A DNA stretch of 63,618 nt, counting the filler. It is 6 parts of 6 records of this genome, joined end to end, with 100 filler letters (N's around TTAATTAATTAA, not from the genome) between each part and the next. Parts side by side here need not be neighbours in the genome. Positions count along the whole stretch, not along the records: positions 52,690 to 63,618 come from SRR9188677_102; 5 more parts are not named here. One strand, written 5' to 3'. The first letter of the stretch is position 1; every line of letters begins with the position of its first letter. The notes under the pieces are model-generated. The model saw only the letters and a list, made by a program, of their open reading frames with translations, made no database searches and was not told where the DNA came from. Of the stretch, positions 57,944 to 63,618 are shown piece by piece. The translations under genes and the position numbers were made by a program.

Positions 57944-59389
57944 ATGATGATTAAACTAAAATATTATTTACTCTCTTTTGGGCTTTTCTTGGCGTTGATG
58001 TTTACGAATTGTAAACCCTTGAAAACCTACAAACAGCCTTCGTTGAAAACAATGCCTGAATCCTACAACAGTAAAAAGGATTCAACCAACGATGCGGCAA
58101 TTAATTGGAAAAGCTATTTTACAGATGAAACGCTGATTGCTTTGATTGACACAGCTTTGACCAATAATATTGATTTGTTGATGACTTTGCAAAAAATTGA
58201 AATGGCGCAGCAACAACTCAATTTTGCGAAAGTATTAGGAAAACCATTTGTGAATGCTGGAGTTTCGGTCGGACAAAAAAGATTTGGAAAATATACAATG
58301 GATGGAGTGGGAAACTACGATACCAATTTTTCAAATAATATTACCGACGACCAAAAAATATCAGAACATCTTCCTGATTTTAATATTGGCTTACAAAGTT
58401 CTTGGGAAGTTGATATTTGGGGCAAATTACGCAATAAAAAAATGGCAGCCATTGCTCGTTATTTAGCAAGTGTTGAAGGTAAAAACTGGATTATAACTAA
58501 TTTGATTTCTGAGATTTCAGCAAGTTATTATAGTTTGATTGCTTTGGATAATGAATTAGATATTATCAAAGAAACCAGAAATCTTCAATTGAATGAGTTG
58601 CAAATTATTAAAGCGCAAAAAGAAGCTGGTTATGCCAATGAATTAGCGGTAAAGCAATTTGAATCGAGAATTCTCAATACAAGAAGTTTAGAAGTAGAGA
58701 TTTTACAGTCGATTGTTGAAATTGAAAATAAAATCAATTTTTTGTTAGCGAGGTATCCGCAACCTATTTTTCGTGATAAATTGCAATTTACCAAACCTTT
58801 GCCAACGCAAATCCGAATGGGAATTCCGACACAATTATTGAGAAATCGCCCAGATGTGAAAAAAGCAGAGTATGAAGTAATGGCAGCCAAAGCAGATGTT
58901 GAAGCGGCACGTTTGGCTTTTTATCCTTCATTAAATATCAATGCGAATGTTGGATTTCAAACCTTTAATCCAGCTTATGTTGTTTCTCCACAGTCAATCG
59001 CCTACAACCTTTTAGGTGGTTTGTCGGCTCCAGTAATCAACAGAAAAGGATTAAATGCAGATTTCGGCATGGCGAATGCCATTCAAACAGAAGCTTTGTA
59101 TAATTATCAAAAAAGTATCATTGGTGCTTATACAGAGGTTTATAATGAGATGTCGAACATTAAAAACCTTAATTTAATTCAGGAGTTAAAGAGCCAAGAA
59201 GTAAGTATTTTAACGGAATCTATCGTTACTTCTACCGATTTATTTAAAACTGGTAGAGCCACTTACTTAGAAGTTTTAATCACTCAAACCAATGCTTTAC
59301 AAGCCAGAATCGAATTGATAAACGTGAAAAAACAACAATACGATGCCGTTGTGAATATTTATAAAGCATTAGGCGGAGGTTGGAGATAA
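57944..59389 (+). CDS. Outer-membrane efflux factor (OprM/NodT-type lipoprotein)
   Basis: WEVDIWGKLR, P..LLRNRPDV, YKALGGGWR. Confidence 0.95.
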   Translation: MMIKLKYYLLSFGLFLALMFTNCKPLKTYKQPSLKTMPESYNSKKDSTNDAAINWKSYFTDETLIALIDTALTNNIDLLMTLQKIEMAQQQLNFAKVLGKPFVNAGVSVGQKRFGKYTMDGVGNYDTNFSNNITDDQKISEHLPDFNIGLQSSWEVDIWGKLRNKKMAAIARYLASVEGKNWIITNLISEISASYYSLIALDNELDIIKETRNLQLNELQIIKAQKEAGYANELAVKQFESRILNTRSLEVEILQSIVEIENKINFLLARYPQPIFRDKLQFTKPLPTQIRMGIPTQLLRNRPDVKKAEYEVMAAKADVEAARLAFYPSLNINANVGFQTFNPAYVVSPQSIAYNLLGGLSAPVINRKGLNADFGMANAIQTEALYNYQKSIIGAYTEVYNEMSNIKNLNLIQELKSQEVSILTESIVTSTDLFKTGRATYLEVLITQTNALQARIELINVKKQQYDAVVNIYKALGGGWR

Positions 59390-59551
59390 ATTGTTTTGGG
59401 ATTCTTCACAGAGGAATATTTTCTTAAAAGAAGAATCCCATTTACAACATCGACAAATGTAAGTGAATGGTATTTTTGAGAAAATAGCGAAGGAAATGTT
59501 TCCAAATAATTTCCTTAAATTCGTATCATCAATAAATTAAAATTACCTTTC

Positions 59552-61144
59552 ATGAAAAAAAATACACTTCTAATCAGCATCTTATGTTTATCAGCGACTT
59601 TTTTCCAGACAAATGCTCAGAAAATCGCTGAAAAATATGCTAAAACTATTACGGTAAAAGACCTAAGAAAACACCTGACTTTTATCGCTTCAGATAGTCT
59701 AAAAGGACGAGACACAGGTTCGCCTGAACAAAAAGTAGCCGCAGAATATATCGCCAAACAATTCAGTAATTATGGCTTTAAAGCTCCCGTAAATGGTAAA
59801 TCGCATCTTCAATTGGTAGATTTAGTAAAACGTGGTTGGGGCGATTTTTACTTAAAAACAAAGAATAAAGAATTCAAATACTTATCAGATTTCATAGCCA
59901 ACAGCATTTCGCCAATGCCACAAGAAGAAAACTTTGAAACGGTTTTTGTGGGATACGGGATTGAAGATAAAGCTTTGAACGATTACGAAAGCACAAAAGT
60001 AAACGGTAAAATCGTAGTCGCTTTTGAAGGCGAACCACGTTTGGCCGATGGAAGTTACTTGATTTCAGGCAATACAGAAATGTCGAAATGGAGTAAAGGC
60101 GATGCTTGGAAAGAAAAAATGGCAACGGCTAAAAGTAAAGGAGCAAAGGCTTTATTGTTGATTTCAAAACAAAGTGTTGAGGAATTTGAAAAAGTAATTA
60201 AGCAACGCCAAACGATGCTAAAGCGTTTTGGAAATGCCAGAATTAACTTTGCAGAAGAGAAAGACCCACAAAGTTCAGATTTCGCAGTTTTGACGATTGG
60301 GCAGACCATGGCAGCCGATTTATTCAATACTACTGTTGCTGAATTAAGTATTCTGAAAGAAAAAGCAATTACTAAAAGTGTTGCTAATCAATTGGAGAAA
60401 CAATCTGTAAAGATTAAAATTGAAAGAACTGTTCAGCCTGTTGAAACTTATAACGTATTAGGATATTTAGAAGGAACGGATAAAAAAGATGAATTAGTGA
60501 TTGTTACTTCTCATTATGACCACGTAGGAGTAACCGATGGGAAAATCTATAATGGTGCTGATGATGATGGTTCTGGAACGGTTTCGGTTTTGGAAGTAGC
60601 TCAAGCATTTAGTGAAGCTGCAAAATCTGGAAATAAGCCAAGAAGAAGTATGCTTTTCATGACGGTTACTGGCGAAGAAAAAGGCTTGTTGGGTTCTGAA
60701 TATTATGTAAGACATCCAGTTTTTCCATTAGAAAGTACGGTTTGTGACATTAATATCGACATGGTTGGTAGAACCGACAAAGAACATGAAGGTAAAGGTG
60801 ATTATATTTATGTGATTGGTTCAGATAAACTTTCTTCAGAATTGCACGCTTCTTTGATTGAACAAAATGCAAAGCATAATCCAATTGATTTAGATTTTCG
60901 TTTCAACGACCCAAACGACCCAAATCGCTTCTATTATCGTTCAGACCATTACAATTTTGCCAAAAATAAAATTCCTGTAGCATTTTTCTTCAATGGTGTG
61001 CACGACGATTATCACCAACCGACCGACGATGTTGAGAAAATAGAATTTGATAAAATGGAGAAAAGAGCCAAGTTGGTATTCTATTTAGCTTGGGATATTG
61101 CCAATCGTGATAAGAGAATCGTGGTAGATTCAGATAAAAAATAG
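59552..61144 (+). CDS. M28 family aminopeptidase with PA insert
   Basis: ASDSLKGR, SHYDH, NGADDDGSG, GEEKGLLGS, RSDH, YHQPTD. Confidence 0.92.
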   Translation: MKKNTLLISILCLSATFFQTNAQKIAEKYAKTITVKDLRKHLTFIASDSLKGRDTGSPEQKVAAEYIAKQFSNYGFKAPVNGKSHLQLVDLVKRGWGDFYLKTKNKEFKYLSDFIANSISPMPQEENFETVFVGYGIEDKALNDYESTKVNGKIVVAFEGEPRLADGSYLISGNTEMSKWSKGDAWKEKMATAKSKGAKALLLISKQSVEEFEKVIKQRQTMLKRFGNARINFAEEKDPQSSDFAVLTIGQTMAADLFNTTVAELSILKEKAITKSVANQLEKQSVKIKIERTVQPVETYNVLGYLEGTDKKDELVIVTSHYDHVGVTDGKIYNGADDDGSGTVSVLEVAQAFSEAAKSGNKPRRSMLFMTVTGEEKGLLGSEYYVRHPVFPLESTVCDINIDMVGRTDKEHEGKGDYIYVIGSDKLSSELHASLIEQNAKHNPIDLDFRFNDPNDPNRFYYRSDHYNFAKNKIPVAFFFNGVHDDYHQPTDDVEKIEFDKMEKRAKLVFYLAWDIANRDKRIVVDSDKK

Positions 61145-61240
61145 GCTTCTCTTTCTGTCATTTTACGTTAATCTGATAAATCTAGGCTTCAATTTGTGAA
61201 TAAACATTCCAGATTGAAGCCTAGATTTGTTAATCCATTT

Positions 61241-62269
61241 ATGAAAAAATACTTCTTTTTACTTCTTCCGTTTTTTGCGGCTGTTTCTGATGAACAGACG
61301 GTTACTTATTTCGCTGATACAATTTCCACTGAAAACTTAGAAAAACACTTGAGTTTTTTGGCAAGCGATAGTTTAAGAGGACGTCTGACGGGTTCAAAAG
61401 AACAGAAAATTGCGGCTGTGTATCTGGCAAAGTATTTTCAAGAAAATGGACTGAAAGCAATTGTTGCTCAGAATACTTCTGACTCCTCATTTTTTCAGTC
61501 GTTTTACATCAAAAAATATTTTGGAGGACAACATAGTATTATGTTGAATCCTACCAATAAAATGAGCCGAGCAAAGAATGTAATTGCTACCGAAAACGTA
61601 ATAGGCTTTTTGGAAGGGACTGATAAAAAGGAGGAAGTATTGGTTATTTCTGCACATTACGACCATATTGGCACCAAAAATGGAACTGTATTCAACGGTG
61701 CAGACGACGATGGTTCTGGAACAGTAGCCATGATGGAAATGGCGAGAGTATTTTCGGAAGCTAAAAAGCAAGGTAAAAGCCCAAGAAGAAGTATTTTGTT
61801 TATCGCTTTTGCAGGCGAAGAATATGGACTTTTAGGTTCAGAGTATTATACAGAAAAGCCTGTTATTCCATTAAAAAATACGATTTGTGATTTGAACATT
61901 GATATGATTGGAAGGATAGACGAACTCCATGCCAATCAAAAAAACTATGTTTATTTGATTGGTTCAGACAAAATTTCTCAAGAATTGCATGCTCTGAGCG
62001 AACATAATAATGCGCTTTTTACAAACCTGAAATTAGATTATAGTTATAATTCAGAATCGCACCCACAACAATTATACTATCGCTCAGACCATTATAATTT
62101 TGCTAAAAACAAAATTCCTATCATTTTTTACTTCGATGGCGAACATCCAGATTATCATCAATCTACCGATGATGTCGATAGAATTGATTTTGAATTACTC
62201 AAAAAAAGAACGCAATTGGTGTTTTACACCGCATGGGACATTGCCAATCGAGAAGGAACATTGAATTAA
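61241..62269 (+). CDS. M28 family aminopeptidase (paralog lacking the PA insert)
   Basis: Same motifs as the upstream gene; start at ATG 61241 (MKKYFF). Confidence 0.9.
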   Translation: MKKYFFLLLPFFAAVSDEQTVTYFADTISTENLEKHLSFLASDSLRGRLTGSKEQKIAAVYLAKYFQENGLKAIVAQNTSDSSFFQSFYIKKYFGGQHSIMLNPTNKMSRAKNVIATENVIGFLEGTDKKEEVLVISAHYDHIGTKNGTVFNGADDDGSGTVAMMEMARVFSEAKKQGKSPRRSILFIAFAGEEYGLLGSEYYTEKPVIPLKNTICDLNIDMIGRIDELHANQKNYVYLIGSDKISQELHALSEHNNALFTNLKLDYSYNSESHPQQLYYRSDHYNFAKNKIPIIFYFDGEHPDYHQSTDDVDRIDFELLKKRTQLVFYTAWDIANREGTLN

Positions 62270-62272
62270 TTA

Positions 62273-62839
62273 TTACCCAAGAATTGCTTTTTCGATTACT
62301 TCTGGAAAATGTTTATGTTCTAATACTTGTCCTTTCTTAGCAACATCTTCAGGCGTATCGGTTGGCAAAACTGGATAGGATGCTTGGAAAATGATAGCGC
62401 CTTCGTCGTAATGTTCGTTAACCAAATGAATAGTAATACCCGATTCTGTTTCTTTGTTTTCTACCACAGCTTCATGCACAAAATGCCCGTACATGCCTTT
62501 GCCTCCAAATTTTGGTAAAAGTGCTGGATGAATATTGATAATTTTATTCGGAAAAGCTTCTACAATATTTTTAGGAACAAGCCATAAAAAGCCCGCTAAA
62601 ATTACCCAGTCGATGTGGTTTTCTTTCAGAATATCAACTACTTCACCAGATTTGAATTGTTGACGATTGAACATCACCAAAGGAATATTTAATCGTTCGG
62701 CTCTTTGAATTACACCCGCTTCAGGATTATTACAAAGAAAAAGTTTTACGTTGATTTCTTTTGAATCTGAAAAGTATTCAACGATGCGTTCGGCATTTGA
62801 GCCTGAACCAGAAGCGAAAATGGCAATATTTTTAGACAA
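62273..62839 (-). CDS. purN: Phosphoribosylglycinamide formyltransferase
   Basis: IAIFASGSGSN, LAGF, INIHPALLPKFGG, SGITIH.V...YDEG. Confidence 0.96.
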   Translation of the reverse strand: MSKNIAIFASGSGSNAERIVEYFSDSKEINVKLFLCNNPEAGVIQRAERLNIPLVMFNRQQFKSGEVVDILKENHIDWVILAGFLWLVPKNIVEAFPNKIINIHPALLPKFGGKGMYGHFVHEAVVENKETESGITIHLVNEHYDEGAIIFQASYPVLPTDTPEDVAKKGQVLEHKHFPEVIEKAILG

Positions 62840-62937
62840 AACACATTGGATTTAACAAATTTCAAACAAATTTAAGGATAGAATTACAACCTAGCCCAAC
62901 TTTTAGGTGTCTTTGTTTCAACTTAAATATCTAAATC

Positions 62938-63471
62938 ATGAAAAAGAATATTTATCGTACTGTAGCAGTTGCTCTATTAACAACACTTGTTTGGGCTTGT
63001 GGCGTAACACTTGACCCAACGCCTTTATGCGGATGTTCGCCAGTTCCTAGTCTGAGTGACATCATGGTTGGGAAATGGAATTTTGTCGGTTATGTCAAAG
63101 AAGATAGTTTGGTGATTGAAAAAGAGTTAGTGAAGACAAGCACAGCAAAGTTTCCTGTTGATTTGGAGATAGTTCGTAGTAATACAGCCCAAAATGCCAA
63201 CGATTTAACAATCAATGGAAAATCAGCTGTTAATACCTATAATGGAAGTATGACTCTAGCTACAAGTACTAGTTGGAGGGATTGGACTGGTTTGGCAAGT
63301 GGAAGTTTAGGGCAGACCAAAATGGCAGGTTCACCAACTGAAATGGCTTTTGAATTAAAGTATTTTAATAGCTTACTGGCAAGTGAACAGGTTAAAATTG
63401 AAGATGGAATGAATCTCTTATTAAGAATCAAAATTCCAAATGATGAGATGCTTTTTGTAAGAAAAAGATAA
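62938..63471 (+). CDS. META/HslJ-domain lipoprotein
   Basis: Lipobox VWAC; GKSAVNTY.G; TKMAG...E..YF..L. Confidence 0.75.
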   Translation: MKKNIYRTVAVALLTTLVWACGVTLDPTPLCGCSPVPSLSDIMVGKWNFVGYVKEDSLVIEKELVKTSTAKFPVDLEIVRSNTAQNANDLTINGKSAVNTYNGSMTLATSTSWRDWTGLASGSLGQTKMAGSPTEMAFELKYFNSLLASEQVKIEDGMNLLLRIKIPNDEMLFVRKR

Positions 63472-63515
63472 AATAACAGAGGCGAATGAATTAATTTCAT
63501 TCGCCTCTGTTATTT
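63471..63515. terminator. Bidirectional terminator
   Basis: AAATAACAGAGGCGAATGAA-ttaat-TTCATTCGCCTCTGTTATTT. Confidence 0.8.
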
Positions 63516-63618
63516 TAAAGATGATTCGTAATCATTTTCTGCAAAGCCTTTTCTTCCAAATATCCAGTTGAACGCTTTACTTGCTTTCCATTTTTAAAAA
63601 TGATAAAGGTTGGAATTT
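63515..63618 (-). CDS. Thioredoxin-like protein, C-terminal fragment
   Basis: Minus strand reads ..IPTFIIFKNGKQVKRSTGYLEEKALQKMITNHL*, the cis-Pro PT..FKNG motif. Confidence 0.75.
   Translation of the reverse strand, partial: IPTFIIFKNGKQVKRSTGYLEEKALQKMITNHL

Noticed and set aside
59552-62269. Tandem M28 peptidases as a novel system
   Set aside because: Ordinary paralog pair with and without the PA insert; both have intact motifs

Overview
The window is not one replicon. It is six unrelated contigs joined by five identical artificial 100-nt spacers (N runs around TTAATTAATTAA). (1) 1-8336: AT-rich Bacteroidota-like DNA with ftsI-murE-mraY, a LytS-type kinase broken by an 8-bp duplication, and a Kelch protein. 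(2) 8437-15302: a GC-rich, nearly complete filamentous phage (inovirus) with HUH Rep, Zot/pI, pVI, pIII, pVIII, minor coat proteins, SSB and an HTH repressor. An unannotated serine-recombinase N-terminus lies at its left edge and a tRNA-Ser 3' end (att) at its right edge, overlapping the repressor C-terminus. (3) 15403-37821: Bacteroidota chromosomal DNA with a tRNA-Pro end, HipA-like kinase/DUF3037 pair, LytS/LytTR system, SusC/SusD, a His-less pseudo-kinase, peptidases, SAM-I riboswitch-controlled methionine genes and uvrA. (4) 37922-48616: FecR-SusC-SusD-surface glycan-binding-GH16 beta-glucan PUL. (5) 48717-52589: the most novel part, an integron-like array of single-gene cassettes (unknown protein, caspase-like protease, Zn-ribbon/PLD-nuclease) separated by ~200-bp atypical attC-like palindromic elements. 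The first two genes are each bracketed by their own matching (G/A)TT.../...AAC 10-13-bp inverted ends. (6) 52690-63618: RND efflux operon, two M28 peptidases, purN, a META lipoprotein and a partial thioredoxin. All assignments come from motif recognition by eye; no searches were run.
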